Shown piece after piece: positions 18,348-26,782 of a DNA stretch of 64,000 nucleotides. A program made the position numbers and the translations under genes. Numbering within the stretch: position 1 is the first letter of the stretch; each line of letters starts with the position of its first letter. Location of the stretch: IMG/VR virus record IMGVR_UViG_3300009183_000045, one strand, 5' to 3'. The stretch comes from a virus (lineage: Duplodnaviria > Caudoviricetes). The notes under the pieces were generated by a model. The model saw nothing but the letters and a program-made list of their open reading frames with translations. It had not been told where the DNA came from and made no database searches.

Positions 18348-19042
18348 AAAAAGTAACTGCAATTATTGCAACAGAAGCCAAGTCAATGCAAGAATTTGAA
18401 AAACGTCCAATTTTTAAATCTCTACAGAGACATTATGACTCTAAAGATCTTTTTACTTTGAATAAATTTGATTTTGTTGTCGTAAAAAACAACAAAGAAG
18501 GTTTGTCTAAGGTTTATAACAAATTTTTAGAAGACCCAAAGTATTCAAAGGATATACTTTTGTTTGTACATGATGATGTTGAACTAGAAGATGTGTTTTT
18601 AATTGAAAAATTGAGAGAATCTCCTTATGAGGTAACTGGTCTGGCAGGAACAAAAAAGGCAGACTTGAGTAAACCTTCTGGTTGGCATTTAATGAGTGGC
18701 AAAGAAGATTGGGTTGGGGAAGTGGCTCATGCAGAAATTAAAGAGGGCAAAAAAAATGTTTGGACAACTAGTTTTGGATCCACAGATTCCAGAGCCCTTT
18801 TGATAGACGGACTTTTTATTGCAGTAGACGTCAAAGCTTTAAGGGATAAATCTGTTAAATTTAATGAAAAGTTTGAATTTCATCATTATGATTTAGCCTT
18901 CTGTCTTGAGTGTAATAAAGCAAAAGTAAAAATTGGTGTGTTGCCTATAAGAGCAATCCACCACGGTCTAGGTGATAGTATGCTTTCTGAAGATTGGAAG
19001 ATCAGTGCTGAAATATTCAAGCAAACCTACGGTACAAATTAA
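18344..19042 (+). CDS. GT-A glycosyltransferase (Glyco_tranf_2_5-like)
   Basis: LSKVYN, LFVHDDV, GLAG, IDGLFIAV, FHHYDLAFCL, IHHGLG; ATGA-coupled to the GATase. Confidence 0.75.
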   Translation: MKKVTAIIATEAKSMQEFEKRPIFKSLQRHYDSKDLFTLNKFDFVVVKNNKEGLSKVYNKFLEDPKYSKDILLFVHDDVELEDVFLIEKLRESPYEVTGLAGTKKADLSKPSGWHLMSGKEDWVGEVAHAEIKEGKKNVWTTSFGSTDSRALLIDGLFIAVDVKALRDKSVKFNEKFEFHHYDLAFCLECNKAKVKIGVLPIRAIHHGLGDSMLSEDWKISAEIFKQTYGTN

Positions 19043-19064
19043 AAACAAACTATATAATAAAAAT

Positions 19065-19658
19065 ATGAGCAGATCTAGAATTTATAATGATGAAGACTAT
19101 GACGGATCTTTGATCCACGAACGATTTGGTTACAGAATCTTTCGTAAAGAATACAATCCACTTGGTGTCCTTTATATTACCAGAGGCAATATGGACGTTA
19201 AAGATAATCTGATTGATTTAGAGGATAAACTATCTGATGATTTTATTTATTCTGATGATGCATTGAGCATTTGCTGGGAGATTCCTAACATGAATGCTAT
19301 CGGAGCTGTATTCTTTCAGCGTCTATTTGTGCAAGAAATTGCTAACCTTTTCAGAACAGACAAGTTTGGTCTTTATGATGTTGAAGTAAATGGAGATGAT
19401 TTAATGCTTCGCAAAAAGGGCATGGGGGAGAATAATAGAGAAGAATGGGGCAAAGCTAGTGTAAGCATTACCAAAGTAACAGACACAGTTGCCTTGGGTC
19501 ATTTTGGAATCAATATTAGTGCGGGTGAAAGAGCACCTAGTTTTGCATTTTCTCTTTTCTTAACAGATGAGTTGGTTGAAAAGTTGGCTAGCAAAATTGA
19601 TGACATTTTTTATGAAATTGTTCGGGATTGTTTTACAGCAACCACCAAAGTAATTTAA
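19065..19658 (+). CDS. DUF366-like protein (biotin/lipoate-protein-ligase fold)
   Basis: YDGSLI, RGNMDV..LIDLED, IYSDD, FQRLF, GDDL, KASVSI, HFGINI match my recollection of the DUF366/COG2029 pattern; start set at ATG 19065. Confidence 0.7.
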   Translation: MSRSRIYNDEDYDGSLIHERFGYRIFRKEYNPLGVLYITRGNMDVKDNLIDLEDKLSDDFIYSDDALSICWEIPNMNAIGAVFFQRLFVQEIANLFRTDKFGLYDVEVNGDDLMLRKKGMGENNREEWGKASVSITKVTDTVALGHFGINISAGERAPSFAFSLFLTDELVEKLASKIDDIFYEIVRDCFTATTKVI

Positions 19659-19662
19659 TATT

Positions 19663-19743
19663 ATGATAGTAACCCTATATACCCTACTAGCAGAACTCTC
19701 TATAACAGTGGCACAACTATTTTGTGAATTTTTTAATATTTGA
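19663..19743 (+). CDS. Possible 26-aa hydrophobic peptide
   Basis: MIVTLYTLLAELSITVAQLFCEFFNI; fills the gap between DUF366 and gp62. Confidence 0.3.
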   Translation: MIVTLYTLLAELSITVAQLFCEFFNI

Positions 19744-19754
19744 AATAAAATTTA

Positions 19755-20144
19755 ATGGTTAAGAAAAAGTATAATGATGATCTATTTGTGTACCTTAACT
19801 GGATCCTTAAAAAACCAGTTAAGGAATTACAAGTTCAAAACACTCCATCTACCTACATAACTAATAGGTGGCTGTCTATGGTAGATGCCAGTACAGCCAA
19901 TATTATTAATGTAACATTTAATAGGTGGTTGATAAACAAAGCATTTAGTTCAGATAATTTAATGGCAGGAAAATTCTATAGAACATTAATGCCTTTTAAT
20001 AATAAAAGAATTTCTTATATTAAGAAACCCACAGCAGACAGTTCCAAAGATTGTGAAGACATTTCCAATCTAGCCAAAAATTTAGAAATGTCACAAAAAG
20101 AGATAGAGATGTATAATCAAACCCTTGATTTATTGAAGTTTTAA
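19755..20144 (+). CDS. gp62: Clamp-loader small subunit (T4 gp62-like)
   Basis: LNWILKK, YITNRWLS...NIIN, FYRTLMP..KRISYIKK, LEMSQKEIEMY pattern and length. Confidence 0.6.
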   Translation: MVKKKYNDDLFVYLNWILKKPVKELQVQNTPSTYITNRWLSMVDASTANIINVTFNRWLINKAFSSDNLMAGKFYRTLMPFNNKRISYIKKPTADSSKDCEDISNLAKNLEMSQKEIEMYNQTLDLLKF

Positions 20145-20157
20145 TTTAAATAATTTT

Positions 20158-20544
20158 ATGATAGATAGACCCAGTAATTTAGAAGATCGTATCGGAGGAA
20201 AGGTTCAAATTGAACACTATGTTGGCGGCGAATTTGAAATGGAAGATTGGTTTTTAGATAAGGTATTGGATAATATTCTTATGGTTCAGTATGTGGATGT
20301 TAATGATGCAGGCACTGAAGTCAAAAGAGGCAGTATTTGGGTACCACTTGGTGCAGTTCAGCACACCTGGAGAGTTGCTCGAGTGATCAAAGCGGGTCCT
20401 GATTGTAAGCTAGTTGAGGAAGGCAATTACGTAGTATTTCCTAATGACAGAGGATTACAGGTAGCCAATCTCAATGGTCTTAAGAATGTAGCATTTGTTA
20501 ACGAAGATCGCATCTTCGGCATCTGCAGCCCCAAACCCGAATAA
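20158..20544 (+). CDS. GroES-like co-chaperonin (gp31-like)
   Basis: VLDNILMVQ, mobile loop TEVKRGSIWVP, ARVIKAGP..V.EGNYVVF, FVNEDRIFG. Confidence 0.75.
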   Translation: MIDRPSNLEDRIGGKVQIEHYVGGEFEMEDWFLDKVLDNILMVQYVDVNDAGTEVKRGSIWVPLGAVQHTWRVARVIKAGPDCKLVEEGNYVVFPNDRGLQVANLNGLKNVAFVNEDRIFGICSPKPE

Positions 20545-20545
20545 A

Positions 20546-20929
20546 GTGAATTTATCTTCTTCTGGTCTTGCTTCTCTTCTACAAGCAAATGTTGTAGAAT
20601 TAAAATTTGTAAGGAAACATCCTATTAAAAATAGACCAACAACCAGAAGAATGATAGCATCTTTAAATTCTTCTATATTAGATTCTGATTTAGGCAGAAC
20701 AATTTTAAACTTCAAGCCACCAATTGGTACACCTCCTTATACCGCCAGTAATTACAATTTATTAGTAGTCTTTGACTTGTTTATGCAAGATTGGAGAGCT
20801 ATACCAATAGATAAAACTGAAGTAATAAGAGTATTACCTTCAGACCCAGTTTCAGATTTCTGGGAGTATTTTTCAGTCTCTCTTGCTAAAATGTCCTCTT
20901 CACAAAAAGCAGCTTTCATGGATCAATAA
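20546..20929 (+). CDS. WYL_2/DUF2693-like SH3-fold protein
   Basis: VVELKFVRK...RRMIASLN...VFDLFMQDWRAIP; in-frame GTG at 20546 preferred over the overlapping ATG at 20495. Confidence 0.5.
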   Translation: MNLSSSGLASLLQANVVELKFVRKHPIKNRPTTRRMIASLNSSILDSDLGRTILNFKPPIGTPPYTASNYNLLVVFDLFMQDWRAIPIDKTEVIRVLPSDPVSDFWEYFSVSLAKMSSSQKAAFMDQ

Positions 20930-21285
20930 TGAATATTAACAACACCAACTTAGAAGAAGCCTGTAAATTTCTTTTACAAAAAAATATATCACTAGAAATT
21001 AACAATAAAATTTTTAAGTCTGGAAAAATGTTATTGTTTTACCAGAAAAATTTCTTTTTAACTTTTGTATTAAATTCAAATAAAAAGGAAAGAGATAAGG
21101 TAGAAATACCTATACCCTATGACACAGAAATGCACATAGAAGATGATCTAATTTATTTTGATTACAGAATTAAAACTTTAAGTAAATTGGCCCCTGACAT
21201 GGAAAATTATTTAAAAATATATCCAACCAAAGTAATCGGAAACAAATACTGGGATACCATATTAACAATTAATGCAAACAATTAA
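20929..21285 (+). CDS. Hypothetical protein
   Basis: 118-aa ORF coupled to its neighbours. Confidence 0.65.
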   Translation: MNINNTNLEEACKFLLQKNISLEINNKIFKSGKMLLFYQKNFFLTFVLNSNKKERDKVEIPIPYDTEMHIEDDLIYFDYRIKTLSKLAPDMENYLKIYPTKVIGNKYWDTILTINANN

Positions 21286-21532
21286 TTCTATTTTAATTTA
21301 TAGTGTTTTTTCTGGTTCTTTTTATGATCTGCCAGAATCTGATGCAAGCTTACTAGAAGTTGGCCATCTTCCGTTAACCGGAAAGCCTAAAAAATGTAAT
21401 AAGTGTTACAACAGGGGATACAGCGGAAGAGATTCTGTCAATCTCACCTATTCCCCGTGTTTGTGCGTGCATAAAGTGTTAAATTTTGATATTCTTAAGA
21501 AGATTGAAAACAAACACACCAAACTTTCTTGA
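21272..21532 (+). CDS. Small Zn-finger-like protein
   Basis: CNKCYNRG...CLC. Confidence 0.55.
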   Translation: MQTINSILIYSVFSGSFYDLPESDASLLEVGHLPLTGKPKKCNKCYNRGYSGRDSVNLTYSPCLCVHKVLNFDILKKIENKHTKLS

Positions 21533-23180
21533 TTACTTTCCTTCAGCCAAAGGTGAGACGCCTCGCGGACAACAAATTGAAGGACTGAATGCAATTAGAA
21601 AGGCATTTGATGCCGGTAAAAAATATGTCATAGCCCGTCTTCCTACGGGGTCTGGTAAATCTCATATGGCAACAGCCATTGCTCGTTCCTCCAGACCAGT
21701 AAACCCCCAATGTAGAGGTTTACTGGAAAGTTATGAAGCGTTTCGCAAAGATAAAAACGGAACATGGCTCCACGAAAACACCTTTGAGGAAGCTCCTGCA
21801 TTTGGAGCTTATATTCTGACAATAACTAGATCATTGCAGGATCAATATTTGGACCTGTTTCCGGATCAATTAGCGGTTAAGGGACAAAACAATTACCAAT
21901 GTGCCGTTGATAAAAATTTAACCATTGATTTTGCGCCTTGCTTATTTACTCCAGAACTAAAACAAGAGTGTCTCAAATTAGACAGATGTCCGTATCACAA
22001 GGCCCGCAAAAACGCCATCGCCTCTCAAGATTCTGTGTTAAATTATAGGGTATTTTTTAATCTTCCCAAATTTCTTCAGAGAAGAGAATATATTATTTGT
22101 GATGAGGCCAAGGAGATAGAAAAAGAACTGGTGGGTCAATATTCAATTACACTTAATTATGCTCAATTACTAGCAGAAGAGATTTCTTTTAAAAAAATCA
22201 TATCAGACGACAGCGAGGAAGCTTTTTTGTGGCTACAGGATATTTTTCTACAGCTTAAAAATCAATGCGCAGACCTCAAGCATAAATTGTCGTTAATGAA
22301 TAATAAAGGAAGTGCATTAGAAGGCATTGTATATAAAACCGTACAGAGACTTGGAAAATTAAATAATTTATACAACTCGGTTTGGGATGTAGTGGACAAT
22401 TGGCATGAGTGTGAATATCTAGTAGAAAGCAAAGATGCCAAATCTGTCATTTTTGTTCCTTTTAATATCAAACCAATTGCTCAACGCATTTTTAGCAGAG
22501 CAGAAAAAATTATCCTCACGTCTGCAACAATCAGTGATCCAGAAGAATATGCTAAAAGCTTGGGTATTAAGAAGAGTGAATATGCAGTTGTAGACATATC
22601 TTCTATATTTGATCCTTTAAAATCACCCATCTACTGTTCTTCCAAGTATAGTCTGTCATTTAAAACCCTAGAAGCCAATCTTCCTAAGGTTATAGATATG
22701 GTATCAAAGATATGTGAGTTGCACAAGGGTCAGAAAGGACTAATTCACACACACACCAATCAGATTACAGAAGTAGTTCGGAGAAAATTAGGTAAAAACA
22801 AAAGATTTTTGTTCCGAGAGGTTGGTGTGTCTAATCAAGACATTATATCTGAACACCGAATCCGAGTAGACGAAGACACTGTTCTTGTAAGTCCTTCTCT
22901 CGACACAGGAGTGAGCTTAGATGATGACCTGGGTAGATTTCAAATCATTATTAAAGCCCCTTATCTGCCTTTGGGTTCTAAGAGAATCAAAAAAATGTTT
23001 GATAAAAGTCCTCGACATTACAGTATGTCTATGCTAGACACATTAATACAAATGTCTGGCAGGTGTACTCGTTCAAAAGACGACCATTCAGTCACTTATA
23101 TTCTTGATGGATCAGCGGTCAAGGCAATAACAACAAATAAAGATCATTTACCTAAATACTTTTTAGATAGATTTATGTAA
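21486..23180 (+). CDS. DinG/XPD(Rad3)-family SF2 helicase with Fe-S cysteines
   Basis: Q motif PRGQQ, PTGSGKS, four Cys (CAVD, APC, ECL, RCPY), IICDEA, LTSATI, GRFQIIIKAPY, QMSGRCTRSKDD. Confidence 0.88.
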   Translation: MIFLRRLKTNTPNFLDYFPSAKGETPRGQQIEGLNAIRKAFDAGKKYVIARLPTGSGKSHMATAIARSSRPVNPQCRGLLESYEAFRKDKNGTWLHENTFEEAPAFGAYILTITRSLQDQYLDLFPDQLAVKGQNNYQCAVDKNLTIDFAPCLFTPELKQECLKLDRCPYHKARKNAIASQDSVLNYRVFFNLPKFLQRREYIICDEAKEIEKELVGQYSITLNYAQLLAEEISFKKIISDDSEEAFLWLQDIFLQLKNQCADLKHKLSLMNNKGSALEGIVYKTVQRLGKLNNLYNSVWDVVDNWHECEYLVESKDAKSVIFVPFNIKPIAQRIFSRAEKIILTSATISDPEEYAKSLGIKKSEYAVVDISSIFDPLKSPIYCSSKYSLSFKTLEANLPKVIDMVSKICELHKGQKGLIHTHTNQITEVVRRKLGKNKRFLFREVGVSNQDIISEHRIRVDEDTVLVSPSLDTGVSLDDDLGRFQIIIKAPYLPLGSKRIKKMFDKSPRHYSMSMLDTLIQMSGRCTRSKDDHSVTYILDGSAVKAITTNKDHLPKYFLDRFM

Positions 23181-23192
23181 GTAATATAATAA

Positions 23193-24452
23193 ATGAAGCA
23201 ATATACATATCATGCGGAGATAATGACCATGATAGAGCAGTTTACCGCTGCTTTTAATGATATTATTATTAAGGGATATGATAAAAATGGAAGTGTTATA
23301 GCAGATAGTAACAAAAAAGTTCGATTTGTATATGCTCCTAAACAAAGAGTATATGAAACTCTCAACACCCCAGGACCCGGTGGTATTTCTGTTCCAGTTG
23401 TTTCTATAAGTATGGCAGCATTGACCAGAGACAAAACTCGGGTCTTTAATAAAAACCAAGGATTTACGGTTCCTTTTCACACTTTAGAGAATCCAGATCA
23501 ATTAATTAAGAATATTCCTCAGCCGGTTCCAGTTAACCTAACTGTAAACATGTCTATAATGACAAAATACCAGGAACACATGGATCAAATTATTAGTAAT
23601 TTTGTTCCTTATTGTGATCCTTATATTATAATCTCTTGGAAGTGCCCAGGTTTAAAAGATTCTAGTGTACCTTATGAAATTCGTTCTGAGGTTTTATGGG
23701 ATGGTAATATACGAACCACTTACCCCACAGAATTAAATGCCAATCAGCCATACAGGATGACTGCAGATACATCCTTTACCATAAAAGGATGGCTCTTTAA
23801 GAGCATGGAGGAAATATATAAAAAGATTTATTATATAGACAGTGACTTTACTCCAATAGATCAAAATTTTTTACTAGAAGATTTACAAACAGAAACTTTC
23901 CATTTATCCGCCACTCCTTTAATAAAGAGTGTCAGTCCTTATAATATGTCTTTTTGGACAGGTATTGGCAATCTTTCAGGTACCAATTACTTTGACATTG
24001 ACATATACGGCAAATATTTCTTTGATATAAAGAATATATACTTAAGCGCTTCAAAGATAGACATGCTAGACAACACAGAGAGGTGGGATCTGTTTAGCGA
24101 TAGACCACGACTCTCTGCAGACAACCCTCCATTTTACGGTGTAAAACTTTCAAATTTTAATTTAGATTCTGATCACTATATATCATTTAAAATGCCCCAA
24201 ATACCTAATAAAAGTGGCACAATTGATGTAATAGCAGAAAATGAAGCTGGATACGGCAAATTAACATTAGGCAGTCTGAGACCTCCTTTGAGTTCCTGGT
24301 GTGGATGGACATTAGAACAGCCTCCTTATGTACAGGGAATTGTGGTTTCTGTATATGAAGTTACCGAAATAGATCCAATTGCGGGTCAAATATATTCAGA
24401 AGATCATACAACCATTATAGATGAATACGGAAATGATGTAATTTGGATCTAA
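23193..24452 (+). CDS. gp15: Tail terminator/sheath stabiliser (T4 gp15-like) with C-terminal extension
   Basis: YTYHAEI...F..AFNDI, VYAPKQR, PVPVNL...IMTKYQEHMDQIISNFVPY, FTIKGWLF. Confidence 0.8.
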   Translation: MKQYTYHAEIMTMIEQFTAAFNDIIIKGYDKNGSVIADSNKKVRFVYAPKQRVYETLNTPGPGGISVPVVSISMAALTRDKTRVFNKNQGFTVPFHTLENPDQLIKNIPQPVPVNLTVNMSIMTKYQEHMDQIISNFVPYCDPYIIISWKCPGLKDSSVPYEIRSEVLWDGNIRTTYPTELNANQPYRMTADTSFTIKGWLFKSMEEIYKKIYYIDSDFTPIDQNFLLEDLQTETFHLSATPLIKSVSPYNMSFWTGIGNLSGTNYFDIDIYGKYFFDIKNIYLSASKIDMLDNTERWDLFSDRPRLSADNPPFYGVKLSNFNLDSDHYISFKMPQIPNKSGTIDVIAENEAGYGKLTLGSLRPPLSSWCGWTLEQPPYVQGIVVSVYEVTEIDPIAGQIYSEDHTTIIDEYGNDVIWI

Positions 24453-24466
24453 ATATATCATAGCAT

Positions 24467-26737
24467 ATGCAAAAACAGATATCTGAATTTCCTACGGTTA
24501 ATGTTCCGTTACCAACAGACCTACTTTTAATAAGCCATAGTGGGATGACAGCTAATATGAGCCTTAACACGGTTGCATTGTATACAAATTCTTTAATATC
24601 AGGCAGCATCAACTCAATAAATTCCAACATTTCTAGATTAAGTGCGCTAGAACATCTAGACACAGTCACTATAGGTTCCAATGTTTTAACTTTAAGTGCT
24701 GATATTAATTCTTTAAAGGATGAAAGCACATTAATAAATGCTAATATATTGAGATTAAGTTCTCTAGAACATTTAGATATTGTTTCATTAAATTCTAATG
24801 TTTTAAACGTAAGCTCAAATATTGATCTATTAAATACAGATTATATTTTATTTAAGAATAACTCTTCTGGCAATATAATAACTCTTCAAGATCAAGTAAC
24901 TGCTGTAAAAGAGACCCTCCTTGCGACCATCCTTTACAATAATACATATTTAGACGCCTTAAGTGCTGATAGTGAAACATTGCACCTCAGCAGCAAGGAA
25001 TTTGCATCTGATATTAATTCTCTTAGTGGATTTTATCACACCTTAAGTGCTTCTGTAGATTTGTTAATCACTTCTACAACTGAATTAAGTGCAAATGTTT
25101 CATCCTTAAGTGCTAGTTATTTGTTAAATTCTAGTGACATTCTAACTTTAAGTGCAGACAATGCTTCTTTAAGTGCTGGTTATTTGTTGAATTCTATTGA
25201 CATTTTATCCCTAAGTGCTGACAATTTATCTTTAAGTGCTAGTTACTGGATAAACTCAGGTGACATTCTAACTTTAAGTGCAAATGTTTCATCTTTAACT
25301 GCTAGTTACTTGTTAAACACTGGTGACATTCTAACTTTAAGTGCAAACAACACCTCTCTAAGTGCTGGTTACTTGTTAAACACAGGTGATATTTTGTTTT
25401 TAAGCTCTGGCTATTTAAGGTTAGAATCTGGAACATCTTTTTTAAGTGCCTGGGTAGATTCTTTAGACTTTACATCACCCACAAATCCCACCATTCAGTT
25501 GTTACAAACTCAAATAGATGCTGTTAGTTCAACTCATGATTCTGTAATATTAAATTTATCCTCATGGAATGATGCTTTAAGTTCAATGGGATATTCCCAG
25601 AGTTTAGATATTTCATCTTTAAGTGCTAGTTACTTGTTAAACACGAGTGACATTTTGACTTTAAGTGCAGACTATGCATCTTTAAGTGCTAGTTACTTGT
25701 TGAACTCCGGCGACATTCTAACCCTGAGTTCCAGTTATTTAAAACTGGAATCTGGAACATCTTTTTTAAGTGCCTGGGTAGATTCTTTAGACTTTACATC
25801 ACCCACAAACCCCACCATTCAGTGGTTACAAACTCAAATAGATGCAGTTAGTTCAACTTCATCTTCCATGTATTCTGATATTACCTCACTAAGTGCTGGT
25901 TACTTGTTAAACACTGGTGATATTTTATCTTTAAGTGCAAATGTTTCATCTTTAACTGCTAGTTACTTGTTAAACACTGGTGACATTCTAACTTTAAGTG
26001 CAAACAATACATCTTTAAGTGCTGGTTACTTGTTAAACACTGGTGACATTCTAACTTTAAGTGCAAACAACACCTCTCTAAGTGCTGGTTACTTGTTAAA
26101 CTCCAGTGATATTTTATCTTTAAGTGCAAATATTATTTCTCTGAGCGGAAATGTTTTGGGTTTAAATTCTTTATCAGTCACTGTAGACCTCATTTCTGCT
26201 ACTGGTATATTGGACAGTCACATTAACTTTTTAACGGATGAAATACTCGGGAGAGGATCTTTAACTATATCACCCTCTAGTAATTTGTTAATTCAAACTA
26301 GTGATTCAATCAACACAAAAACATGGTCTTTTGATTGTAGTGGGCAATTAACTCTGCCCGGCACTTTAATATTTTCAAGTGCCGCAGCAAACGGGGGTCC
26401 TTATGTAAGCCCTATAGAATTAGACTTATCTTTATCTGTACAAAAATTAAATTCAGGAATATATAGACTGTCTAACGGCTCCGAAGGCCAAATTATGTAT
26501 TTTGTACCCAAGACTAATTCTGTAGGAGACACTTCCACTCAGGTTTATATCCCAAATGCTCGATATTGGATTATAGACGGACTGGGACACAAATTTGCGG
26601 TCTCTTCATCCATTTATTGGGTTCCCTGGATACTTCGTGATCATCGCCTAGATCCGGTCTATGACATACTTCCAACAATAACCACAGCTATCTTTACAGA
26701 CGGAGCCTGGAACGTTTCTACTGGTGGCAGAGACTAA
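24467..26737 (+). CDS. Repeat-rich coiled-coil virion fibre/whisker-like protein
   Basis: N-terminal KQISEFP motif; many 14-aa SSLSA(S/G)YLLNTGDILTLSA repeats; lies between gp15 and portal; TAAATA at 24450. Confidence 0.6.
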   Translation: MQKQISEFPTVNVPLPTDLLLISHSGMTANMSLNTVALYTNSLISGSINSINSNISRLSALEHLDTVTIGSNVLTLSADINSLKDESTLINANILRLSSLEHLDIVSLNSNVLNVSSNIDLLNTDYILFKNNSSGNIITLQDQVTAVKETLLATILYNNTYLDALSADSETLHLSSKEFASDINSLSGFYHTLSASVDLLITSTTELSANVSSLSASYLLNSSDILTLSADNASLSAGYLLNSIDILSLSADNLSLSASYWINSGDILTLSANVSSLTASYLLNTGDILTLSANNTSLSAGYLLNTGDILFLSSGYLRLESGTSFLSAWVDSLDFTSPTNPTIQLLQTQIDAVSSTHDSVILNLSSWNDALSSMGYSQSLDISSLSASYLLNTSDILTLSADYASLSASYLLNSGDILTLSSSYLKLESGTSFLSAWVDSLDFTSPTNPTIQWLQTQIDAVSSTSSSMYSDITSLSAGYLLNTGDILSLSANVSSLTASYLLNTGDILTLSANNTSLSAGYLLNTGDILTLSANNTSLSAGYLLNSSDILSLSANIISLSGNVLGLNSLSVTVDLISATGILDSHINFLTDEILGRGSLTISPSSNLLIQTSDSINTKTWSFDCSGQLTLPGTLIFSSAAANGGPYVSPIELDLSLSVQKLNSGIYRLSNGSEGQIMYFVPKTNSVGDTSTQVYIPNARYWIIDGLGHKFAVSSSIYWVPWILRDHRLDPVYDILPTITTAIFTDGAWNVSTGGRD
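25090..26130 (+). repeat. Tandem 42-bp coding repeats plus a 111-bp direct repeat (25424-25534 / 25748-25858)
   Basis: Recurrent ttaagtgctagttacttgttaaacactggtgacattctaact units; two near-identical gaatctggaacatc...gttagttcaact blocks 324 bp apart. Confidence 0.9.
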
Positions 26738-26782
26738 TAACAGTTGTATATTGACTTAAATATGTAATTATACATAGTATAT

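Noticed and set aside
21486-23180. CasDinG of a type IV CRISPR system
   Set aside because: No csf/cas genes or array nearby
25090-26130. 42-bp repeats as a CRISPR array
   Set aside because: No unique spacers; the unit length is a multiple of 3 within an open reading frame
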